This document shows positions 1-6,990 of a stretch of 14,558 nt of DNA, in pieces. The notes beneath the pieces are model-generated. The model was given only the letters and a program-made list of their open reading frames with translations, did no database searches and was not told the origin of the DNA. The translations under genes and the position numbers were made by a program. The first letter of the stretch is position 1; every line of letters starts with the position of its first letter. Origin of the DNA: Methanospirillum sp. (GTDB lineage: Archaea; Halobacteriota; Methanomicrobia; Methanomicrobiales; Methanospirillaceae); contig NZ_JAJRBM010000005.1 in assembly GCF_028679455.1 (NCBI RefSeq), positions 1 to 14,558 of the forward strand, read 5' to 3'.

Positions 1-213
1 ATATCTGGCATGGGTCTGAATGCCCGGTCTCAATTCTTGGATCAATTTCAGAACTGATGTTATCAGGAAGGGATTCTGTATAACATCAGGTGTATGATTA
101 GAGATATCTCCTATCTCATTAACCCGCTGATGATATAAATCCAAAATGCTATACGAATATATGATAGTTGTTCCGGGTCTCTGATATATGAGAACGAGCG
201 AGCCGGATCTGAC

Positions 214-594
214 TTGGTTTCAGGTGATTATCTGTCAGTCATTCTGGTAATTGATGACTCAATCAAAGATCGCGAATTACTCGCACAGATGCTTATTCAG
301 GCAGGATACCAGGTGTATGCAAAATCTGATGGAGAGTCAGGAGTCTCCTTCTGCCAGAACCAGCAGCCGGATATGGTTCTTGTGGATATGGTTATGCCTG
401 GGATGAACGGGATAGAGGTTCTCAGGTCTCTCAAGACTATGCATCCCACTATCAAGGTTATTCTTTGCACCGCTGCCGGGAGCGAAGTATCAGTAGCCCT
501 TGCCATGCGGGAAGGAGCCGCCGGGTATGTCGTTAAACCTTATAATCAGGATAAGATCCTGATGAATATTCAGCGGGCACTTGGGCTCATGTGA
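214..594 (+). CDS. Single-domain CheY-like response regulator receiver protein
   Basis: 126-aa ORF with the receiver signature: acidic pair in 'VIDDS', phospho-acceptor Asp in 'MVLVDMVMPGMNG', Thr in 'ILCTAAG', Lys in 'YVVKPY'. No output domain. The TTG at 214 is the first start in frame; the exact start is uncertain because there is no strong RBS. Confidence 0.8.
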   Translation: MVSGDYLSVILVIDDSIKDRELLAQMLIQAGYQVYAKSDGESGVSFCQNQQPDMVLVDMVMPGMNGIEVLRSLKTMHPTIKVILCTAAGSEVSVALAMREGAAGYVVKPYNQDKILMNIQRALGLM

Positions 595-607
595 TCTGTG
601 GTCTGGT

Positions 608-634
608 GTAACCGTGCTCTCTGGCAACCGGTTA
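608..634. terminator. Inverted repeat GTAACCG(608-614)/CGGTTAC(628-634) with a 13-nt loop, between convergent gene ends
   Basis: Seen directly. It lies between the receiver stop (592-594) and the minus-strand stop at 632-634. There is no T-tract, so a terminator role is only a possibility. Confidence 0.2.
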
Positions 635-1069
635 CTCCTCTTCTTCTGGTGCAGGAGCCGGTGTGGGTGTTCCAACAGGGATTGGATCCGTGGTGAGAAG
701 TGAATACTCTACGGTCATGAAGTTGCCATCTATCTTCAGGTAGTATAAGCCTGTACCATGGATAAGGATCTTCTGGTTGGTGCTGGCCGGATAATGCCTG
801 TTGTACCCGCCGTCTGCGATGAGGTTCTCCCAGGGATCCCGGATCTCAATCGTTACCCACCCATAGGTTGGATCACTCACCTTTGGATGCACCGTGTAAT
901 CGATGATGAATGGTCCGTTCAGAACCTTCAGAATACGACCCTGCGGTGTCCCGTTCAACTCAATCCCCTGTTCTGAATACACGGCATGGGGGACAACCCG
1001 TGTCCCGGTTGTATTGGTATACCCGACTGATACTCGTGGTGACGGGTTGAAATTCGCGGTCCGGTCCAT
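632..1069 (-). CDS. Hypothetical secreted, probably N-glycosylated protein (C-terminal part, counted from the first ATG after an in-frame stop)
   Basis: 145-aa ORF with N-x-S/T sequons (NTT, NGT), a beta-rich composition and a PTPAPAPEEEE tail. The same frame stays open upstream to 1186 with no ATG/GTG/TTG, and continues beyond a TAA into the signal-peptide ORF at 1187-1291. Confidence 0.5.
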   Translation of the reverse strand: MDRTANFNPSPRVSVGYTNTTGTRVVPHAVYSEQGIELNGTPQGRILKVLNGPFIIDYTVHPKVSDPTYGWVTIEIRDPWENLIADGGYNRHYPASTNQKILIHGTGLYYLKIDGNFMTVEYSLLTTDPIPVGTPTPAPAPEEEE

Positions 1070-1291
1070 TGGGTACCTGGTGACCGAAGAGGTGGGAACC
1101 GGGGTAGGGGTCGCGGTTGGCAGGACGAGTTCGGTGATATTTTCTATCGACTCGGTTGTGATGTCTGACAGCGATGTATTGTTTAATTATAAGGATTCTG
1201 CTGCCTGGGTCATACCCACGGTGATTGCGATGAACTGAACCAGTATCAGGAAGATAACGATGACTGAACTGAGTGGTGTTTGTATACGCAT
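632..1291 (-). pseudogene. Secreted glycoprotein gene interrupted by one in-frame TAA (at 1187-1189); alternatively a sequencing error or two separate ORFs
   Basis: The ATG at 1291 encodes MRIQTPLSSVIVIFLILVQFIAITVGMTQAAESL, a charged N-terminus with a hydrophobic core that reads as a signal peptide, followed by TAA. After the stop the same frame continues LNNTSLSDITTESIENITELVLPTATPTPVPTSSVTRYP-MDRT… with sequons and a PT linker. 1291-1069 = 222, so the two ATGs are in phase. Confidence 0.45.
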
Positions 1292-1299
1292 GATGCTTA

Positions 1300-1884
1300 T
1301 CATGACTGGTAGATTCTGATCTCTTTCATTATTTCTTCGGTAAATTGTTCAATGCTTACCAATCCAAGTTCTCTGACCACCGGCCTGATAGGCCACCGTG
1401 TGGTTACCATCCCGACAAATTCCCGTCTGACCGTCCATACCATAGGGGGATGTGGTTGTTTCATCAGTATGTCAATAGATCCTCCCCAGACAGCACCCTG
1501 CACATCAAACCTCCCAACCTCATCAATTACGAGAATATCGGTTGTCTCTGGATTGAAATCAAGAATTGCCCGATTCCCGAATGACAGTCCTTCGGGTCTA
1601 AAAAAAAAGCGGGCGTGTTGTTCAGAGCCCACGTCAGGAGTTGTGGAACAGAGTTCTTCTGATATTCCGGTACCAAGATCCACCACTGAAAATCCTGACC
1701 TTGCCCCGTCTTTGAAATAACCGGGTGCCACAATCCCACGCATCCTCACTTCCTCTGTCCGAAGGCGATCCAGCATCTCCATTAGGAATGTAGTCTTGCC
1801 CTCTGCCTGTTCTCCTGATATAATATACACGGGTGGTTGCCGGGATGCAGGTATGCTGATATCGTTGTTCCTGGTATCAATCAT
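1300..1884 (-). CDS. P-loop NTPase of the THEP1/NTPase_1 family
   Basis: 194 aa. Walker A is 'ISGEQAEGKTTF' and Walker B 'ILVIDEVGRFD', comparable to 'IIDEIGKME' in THEP1, and the size is typical of archaeal NTPase_1 proteins. It ends 8 nt before the ATG at 1291, so it probably forms an operon with the secreted-protein gene. Confidence 0.7.
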   Translation of the reverse strand: MIDTRNNDISIPASRQPPVYIISGEQAEGKTTFLMEMLDRLRTEEVRMRGIVAPGYFKDGARSGFSVVDLGTGISEELCSTTPDVGSEQHARFFFRPEGLSFGNRAILDFNPETTDILVIDEVGRFDVQGAVWGGSIDILMKQPHPPMVWTVRREFVGMVTTRWPIRPVVRELGLVSIEQFTEEIMKEIRIYQS

Positions 1885-2080
1885 GGTTTCACGTTCTATT
1901 AGTATTTGATTGGTCTTGAGAAGATTAGTAAACCATTTCTATTTACTCGCATCAAATCAATAACGGATCTTTATTATTTTCGTACGAGTAACTACATAAG
2001 TATACGCATTCAGGTGCCGTATTTGCATCATGTAAAAAATGGAATAAACCTGAACAAGGATACCAACGGAACAAACAACG

Positions 2081-3781
2081 ATGATATGTAATTATTGTGA
2101 ACGGACCTGTGATATCGCGGAAGGGATCTCCGGGTACTGCAGGATGTACCGGAGCGAAGCGGGAGCCATTATTGAGAACTACCCAGATGCCTTTCTCAAC
2201 ATATACCCGGTCTCAAGCGAATCCATTCCGATGCTCCATTTCTATCCGAATAGTATCTTTCTGCTCGTCAGTACCATCGGGTGTAATTTTGCCTGTGATG
2301 GATGCATATCAGAGTTCCAGACCACCAGGCCGGGAACGCTGGAGAAAGTTCTGACCCCGCACACTCCTGATGAGATCCTTGCCATCGCCAGAGAAAGTTC
2401 CTGCAGGGGAATTACCTTCTGTCTCAATGAGCCCACGGTCTCACTCCCTACTTTCATCAGGCTGGCAACCGCTGCAAAAAACGAAGGATTTCTTGTCGGG
2501 TGTTCGAGTAACGGGTACATGACCGAAGATACGATACGGCAGATAATTCCGTTCCTTGATTTTATCAACATCGGGCTGAAAGGGAGTTCTGATGAACGGT
2601 ACCGGGAATGCGGAGTAGTATCCGGAGATCCGGTCTTTCGGAACCTGAAGATCCTGCACGATGCCGGCGTATTTATTGAGGTCTCTATCATGTACCTCTT
2701 TGGGAGAGAAGACGAGATTTATGGGGCTGTTGACCGCATCCGGAATATATCCCAAACGATCCCGATTCAGGTAATGCGGTTCATCGCAACACATGAGGAA
2801 CTCAATGCGTTTCAACCAACTAAAGAGCAGGCCGAGGCGATGTGTAAAACCCTGCAAAAGACTCTCGATCATGTATACCTCTTTAATACTCCGGCAACAA
2901 GCGAACTAGACTCGCGGTGTCCGGTTTGTGGGGAGACGATTGTACACCGGGTCTTTTTTGGCCCGATGGCAGCCCGGGTACTATCCTGCAGATCTGACGG
3001 AGTATGCAACTGCGGATACCGCTATCCTCACCAGGGAGATATCGTCCCGGTTCCAATTGAAGATACCCAGGTTCTTGGTGGGTACCGGTCGATCATGGGT
3101 GCCAAATTTATCGCCTCATTTCTCAACGTACTCGGCATCACCGACGAATCAGAGATTGACCAACTCTGTAACACGGTGATCATCAACGGGTACCTCCGGT
3201 ATCTGCAGGATCAACAGGATTCTCTTGAAACATTCACCTCAATGACCCGGTATCTTGCAGATCTCTCAGGGAGGCATGAGGTGGGTGAACGTCTTATCGG
3301 GTATGCTATGCAGGTGGCAACCGAAATTGCAGAACAGGTGCAAAACGCAGAAAAACCACGGGTATGCGGGGTCTTCTGTCACCCGCTCTCTCCCATGTAT
3401 GCCACCAAGTTTGGCAATACACTTGTAGAGATGACCGGCGGATTAAGCCTGAACAAGCAGGAGAATTTCAGAGAGAGTTCTCATGCTGAGTACACCGTTG
3501 AGGAGTTTAACCGGCTAAATCCTGATATGATCCTCATCTCCGGTCATTTTGCACCGTCTATCGATGATTTTCTCACCACCTGCCGTGATTTAGGCATTTC
3601 GTGCCGGGCGATATCAGAGAAGAAGGTGTATGTCATGGATAGCGAGTATTCTTCAGGGAACCTTGGCTGGCTGATCAGTCTGATGGACGTAGCCAACATT
3701 ATGCATCCTGAATTATTCAGTTATTCCCTTGAGAAAGAGAAGGCCCGGCTTGAAACGTTCATCGCTACCGTATCAGCTTGA
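2081..3781 (+). CDS. Radical SAM enzyme of the PflA/AmrS-like activase subfamily, fused to a C-terminal class III periplasmic-binding-protein-like (FecB/BtuF-type) domain
   Basis: 566 aa. The N-terminal Cys-rich segment CNYCERTC…GYC and the 'HFYPNS…STIGCNFACDGC' CxxxCxxC motif (nt 2282-2305) are typical of PflA/AmrS-type radical SAM enzymes. 'LNEPT' sits where GGEP is expected. A Cys cluster CPVC…C…CNC lies at nt 2918-3013. The C-terminal ~250 aa carry 'PDMILISGHFAPS' and 'KVYVMDSEY…WLISLMDVANIMHPELF', reminiscent of Peripla_BP_2 proteins. The stop overlaps the next start (TGATG, 3779-3783). Confidence 0.8.
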   Translation: MICNYCERTCDIAEGISGYCRMYRSEAGAIIENYPDAFLNIYPVSSESIPMLHFYPNSIFLLVSTIGCNFACDGCISEFQTTRPGTLEKVLTPHTPDEILAIARESSCRGITFCLNEPTVSLPTFIRLATAAKNEGFLVGCSSNGYMTEDTIRQIIPFLDFINIGLKGSSDERYRECGVVSGDPVFRNLKILHDAGVFIEVSIMYLFGREDEIYGAVDRIRNISQTIPIQVMRFIATHEELNAFQPTKEQAEAMCKTLQKTLDHVYLFNTPATSELDSRCPVCGETIVHRVFFGPMAARVLSCRSDGVCNCGYRYPHQGDIVPVPIEDTQVLGGYRSIMGAKFIASFLNVLGITDESEIDQLCNTVIINGYLRYLQDQQDSLETFTSMTRYLADLSGRHEVGERLIGYAMQVATEIAEQVQNAEKPRVCGVFCHPLSPMYATKFGNTLVEMTGGLSLNKQENFRESSHAEYTVEEFNRLNPDMILISGHFAPSIDDFLTTCRDLGISCRAISEKKVYVMDSEYSSGNLGWLISLMDVANIMHPELFSYSLEKEKARLETFIATVSA

Positions 3782-4563
3782 TGAGAATTATGTGTTCCTT
3801 ACATCATACTTCAAAAACTGATCCAGATTTTGATCTTGAATCTGTCTTTGATGCAGATGACTACCTTTACTTTTATGGGGAAGGGCTGAAGGACGAGTAT
3901 ACCGATGAAGAGGTTTCATTCCTTATCAGGGAATTCTGCCTTGATGCACCGAAACAGGTTCTTGACCTTGCCTGTGGACATGGGAGACATGCAAACAGGC
4001 TTGCAGGGTTTGGGTATACGGTTACGGGTGTTGACCAGAGCCGCGATTTTATCGCAATTGCCAGGAGTGATGCAGAGAAAAGAGGAGTCAGTGTCCGGTA
4101 TCTCTGCGGTGATGTGCGAAAGTTTTCAGACCCTGTGGCATATGACGGTGTCATTCATCTGTTCAGTTCCTTTGGATATTTTTCAGATGAGGAGAACGAG
4201 CTGGTGATCAGAAACGTTTCACTGTCACTACGGAAAAACGGAGTGTTTTGTCTTGATATCCTGAATCGTGATGCCTTTTTGAAAAATTATCCTCGTTGCT
4301 CGGTACGGGAGAAGAATACAGATCTGATGATCGACCGGAACCGGTTCGATCCGGTATCGGGGAGATTGTATAACTCACGCATCGTTATCAGAGATGGGAA
4401 GCGAAAAGATACCCCGTTCTTTCTCAGACTCTATAATCCGAATGAGATCCTTAGGATCCTTACCGCAGAAGGACTGGTTGTCACAAAGATCTTCGGAGAC
4501 TGGAAGGGTAATACGTTTGATGAGAATTCAAGGCGGATGATTCTTGTTGCCAGAAAAGAATGA
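3781..4563 (+). CDS. Class I SAM-dependent methyltransferase
   Basis: 260 aa. Motif I 'VLDLACGHGRHA', an acidic residue ending beta2 ('VTGVDQS'), motif II 'CGDVRKF' and 'DGVIHLFSSFGYF'. It is translationally coupled to the upstream radical SAM gene. TTG at 3778 and ATG at 3790 are also possible starts. Confidence 0.85.
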   Translation: MRIMCSLHHTSKTDPDFDLESVFDADDYLYFYGEGLKDEYTDEEVSFLIREFCLDAPKQVLDLACGHGRHANRLAGFGYTVTGVDQSRDFIAIARSDAEKRGVSVRYLCGDVRKFSDPVAYDGVIHLFSSFGYFSDEENELVIRNVSLSLRKNGVFCLDILNRDAFLKNYPRCSVREKNTDLMIDRNRFDPVSGRLYNSRIVIRDGKRKDTPFFLRLYNPNEILRILTAEGLVVTKIFGDWKGNTFDENSRRMILVARKE

Positions 4564-4582
4564 GTGACAGTCAGGAACCAGG

Positions 4583-4603
4583 GTGATGATATCATGTCAT
4601 CAC
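4583..4603 (+). terminator. Hairpin GTGATGA-tatcatg-TCATCAC about 20 nt after the methyltransferase stop
   Basis: Perfect 7-bp inverted repeat, read directly from the sequence. It could contribute to 3' end formation together with the T-tract at 4670-4676. Confidence 0.3.
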
Positions 4604-4669
4604 GGTTTCAAGAGAAGAAGGTACCTGAAATGATAGTATTATTGGAATAATCCTGAGTAACCTATGGTC

Positions 4670-4676
4670 TTTTTTT
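4670..4676 (+). terminator. Oligo-T tract (T7), archaeal-type intrinsic terminator for the radical SAM/methyltransferase transcript
   Basis: 'ggtctttttttcacc' lies about 107 nt downstream of the stop at 4563. Archaeal RNA polymerase terminates at T-runs. Confidence 0.45.
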
Positions 4677-4705
4677 CACCCTACATAAATCGCTAAACTT
4701 AAATC

Positions 4706-4720
4706 TTTATTTAGTATATA
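4706..4720 (+). promoter_or_regulatory. Candidate TATA box (CTTTATTTAGTATATA) for the SPFH gene
   Basis: A/T-rich TATA-like element about 50-60 nt upstream of the ATG at 4769. The RBS-like 'AAGGGATGA' at 4755-4764 precedes the start. Confidence 0.35.
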
Positions 4721-4731
4721 GTGCTTTGCCA

Positions 4732-4747
4732 TATCTCATACATGAGA
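4732..4747. promoter_or_regulatory. Perfect inverted repeat ATCTCAT-AC-ATGAGAT between the putative TATA box and the SPFH start; candidate operator
   Basis: 7-bp arms with a 2-nt spacer, read directly. It sits where an archaeal TSS or repressor site would be expected. Confidence 0.3.
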
Positions 4748-4768
4748 TTATCTAAAAAGGGATGAATA

Positions 4769-6589
4769 ATGGATTTTTTAGTTCGATTGTTGTTAGTCAT
4801 ACTCGGAATACTAGTAATCTGGGTGTTATTGAAAGGACTGATCCTGATTCATGCGAATGAAGTAGGTATTGTAACCAAGTGTATGTTTGGGAAAAAATTA
4901 CCGCAGGGCAAAATTATCGCAACCAAAGGAGAGATTGGTGTTCAAGCGGACATTCTCATGCCTGGGTTATATTACTATATACCCATTATCTGGAGAGTAA
5001 AGCGGGAAAAAGTCATTGAAATCAGGCCGGATAATGTTGGCATTGTCTCTGCGATTGAAGGATTACCCATCCCATCCGGTCGATTGCTTGGTGATGAAGT
5101 GCAAAGCAACTCGTTTCAGGATGCTCGGATGTTTCTTGAAAATGGCGGGTGTAAAGGGCCACAAATAGCAATCCTGAAGCCGGGAACATACCGCGTAAAT
5201 ACCCATATCTTCACGGTATTGGAAAAACCCATTACAGCGGTCCAACAGGGGAAAGTAGGGATTGTGAATGCTCTTGATGGTATCCCGCTTCCTTCCAGGT
5301 TTGCAATTGCTCCGGCTCCGCTCGGAGATCACAGCCATTTCCAGAATGGACAGGTATTTATCCAGAGCAATGGATATAGGGGTACCCAACTTGAGACCCT
5401 GCAACCCGGGGATTACTATATAAACCCACTTCTATTCGATGTTGTCCCAGTGGCCATGACCGTTGTCCCACCAGGAAATGTTGCCGTTATTACCTCAAGC
5501 GTTGGAGAAGAACTTGAAAAATCTCCAGATACTGCTCCTGCTTTAGTAACACCATCCAATTTGAATCAGCCGATTCATGAGAATGCAGAACATCTCCTGA
5601 TTACAGATAAAACCAAAAGAGGTATCCTCCGCAATCCCATTGCGCCAGGGCAATACAATCTGAATACAGCAGCATATCGGAGTGATATTGTACCGACGAG
5701 TGCGGTGACCATTGACTGGGCAAGTCCTGAAGGGGCGAAAGAAACCCTGCAGTTTACCCAGAAAAACAAGGGTGAGAGCGTCTCGGTTGCAGAGTTCTTT
5801 AAATTCGGACAGTTACGCGTCACATCCCAGGATGGATTTCAACTTGAAGTCGATGTCAGACTGATTGTCCGGATTCCTGCGGATAATGCACCATTTGTAA
5901 TCGCACGGTTCGGAAGTGTATACAATCTGATTGAACAGGTAGCCCACCCACTGATCGATGCTTCATTTAGGAACGAGGCAGGAAATCAACTAGCACTGCA
6001 GTTTGTTCATGATAGGACAAAACTTCAACAGACGGCATTCGAAAGGGCACAGGAAGAGTTTAAAAAGTATCAGGTTGAGGTTCAGGGACTATTAATCGCG
6101 TATATTAAAGTGGATGAAACCCTTCTGCAGACCCAGACCCTCAAAGAGATCGCAGTCCAGCAACAGCAGCAGTACCAACAGGAGGCTAAAGCGCAAGAGG
6201 AGAGGATCGCGGTTGCTGAAAAGACAGCTCGTGCCGATATGCAGGGACAGGTTATCGCAGCAAAGTTGTCTATTGATATCAACAAGGATAATGCACAGGC
6301 TGCACGTGAATCCGCATACGGTACCCGTGATGCAACCAAAGCGAATGCTGAAGGAGCCGCATATGCAAATGAACAGGTTGGTATCGGGACCGCGAAAGCA
6401 TACATCGCACAGAAAGAAGCCCTAGGTCCTGAAAATGTGGCGATGTTGCAGGCAATCCAGAAGATTGCAGATGGGAAGATCCTTATCACCCCGAATATTC
6501 TGGTAACCGGTGAGGGTTCTCAGGGAGGTAGTCTCCTTACTGCATACTTCGCTTCGTTGCTTGAACAAACAAAACAGAAAACTCAATAA
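4769..6589 (+). CDS. SPFH/band-7 (flotillin-like) membrane protein with four tandem N-terminal repeat modules
   Basis: 606 aa. N-terminal transmembrane helix (LLLVILGILVIWVLL), the 'LIHANEVGIV' SPFH entry motif, an SPFH core around residues 320-450, and a Q/E/A-rich coiled-coil tail (QQQQQYQQEAKAQEER…) typical of flotillin/YqiK-like proteins. Four ~70-aa repeats share 'VGIV…G.PLP.G…PG.Y..N' motifs. Confidence 0.85.
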   Translation: MDFLVRLLLVILGILVIWVLLKGLILIHANEVGIVTKCMFGKKLPQGKIIATKGEIGVQADILMPGLYYYIPIIWRVKREKVIEIRPDNVGIVSAIEGLPIPSGRLLGDEVQSNSFQDARMFLENGGCKGPQIAILKPGTYRVNTHIFTVLEKPITAVQQGKVGIVNALDGIPLPSRFAIAPAPLGDHSHFQNGQVFIQSNGYRGTQLETLQPGDYYINPLLFDVVPVAMTVVPPGNVAVITSSVGEELEKSPDTAPALVTPSNLNQPIHENAEHLLITDKTKRGILRNPIAPGQYNLNTAAYRSDIVPTSAVTIDWASPEGAKETLQFTQKNKGESVSVAEFFKFGQLRVTSQDGFQLEVDVRLIVRIPADNAPFVIARFGSVYNLIEQVAHPLIDASFRNEAGNQLALQFVHDRTKLQQTAFERAQEEFKKYQVEVQGLLIAYIKVDETLLQTQTLKEIAVQQQQQYQQEAKAQEERIAVAEKTARADMQGQVIAAKLSIDINKDNAQAARESAYGTRDATKANAEGAAYANEQVGIGTAKAYIAQKEALGPENVAMLQAIQKIADGKILITPNILVTGEGSQGGSLLTAYFASLLEQTKQKTQ

Positions 6590-6648
6590 TCATAAAATAT
6601 CTCAAAAATGTCATTTTCAAAACCTGAATATTAACCGGGAAATATGGA

Positions 6649-6972
6649 ATGAAAAAATCGGGAAGGATACTTCGTTGCCCGGTATGCAATGGCCGGATGG
6701 AATATAAAGCGATCGATTACTGGTGTGACAGACCAAAAAATGTCTGCTCACGGTGTGGGTATGATGGTTCGTTTGCCTTTGAATGGGATAATGATGATCT
6801 TATGGAGGATTATCGGCCAAAGAACGGTAAACAACGAAAGAAAAGGGCAGTATCGATTGAAGATGATAAACTTCGCTCCATTACCCGATTTTATGCAATA
6901 CTCTACATCATTACATTCATTATTTTATGCGGGCTGGCTATCATAGGATTCATCAAGATGAATGTCATGTAA
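6649..6972 (+). CDS. Tail-anchored zinc-ribbon protein (CPVC…CSRC) with a C-terminal transmembrane helix
   Basis: 107 aa. Cys pairs at residues 10/13 and 33/36, a K/R-rich linker, and a C-terminal hydrophobic helix 'FYAILYIITFIILCGLAIIGFI'. It lies 59 nt downstream of the SPFH gene on the same strand with similar A/T-rich composition. Confidence 0.55.
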   Translation: MKKSGRILRCPVCNGRMEYKAIDYWCDRPKNVCSRCGYDGSFAFEWDNDDLMEDYRPKNGKQRKKRAVSIEDDKLRSITRFYAILYIITFIILCGLAIIGFIKMNVM

Positions 6973-6990
6973 GGAATATTATCCTTATCC

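Noticed and set aside
758-1238. Plus-strand ORFs 758-976 and 903-1238
   Set aside because: They are antisense to the minus-strand secreted-protein frame, which has a signal peptide, sequons and a PT linker. The plus-strand products are low-complexity with no recognisable motifs.
1345-1739. ORFs 1345-1584(+), 1352-1720(+), 1527-1739(-) overlapping the NTPase
   Set aside because: The NTPase frame carries Walker A and B motifs. The overlapping frames are P/S/T-rich read-through typical of non-coding alternate frames.
1906-2091. 61-aa ORF in the divergent intergenic region
   Set aside because: It lies in the A/T-rich promoter region between divergent genes, has no RBS or TATA in a sensible position, and overlaps the radical SAM start.
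6114-6425. Arg/Lys-rich 103-aa ORF (+), plus the minus-strand ORF 6082-6489, inside the SPFH coiled-coil region
   Set aside because: They are alternate-frame artefacts of the GAA/GCA/CAG-rich coiled-coil coding sequence, and the SPFH frame is continuous and well supported.
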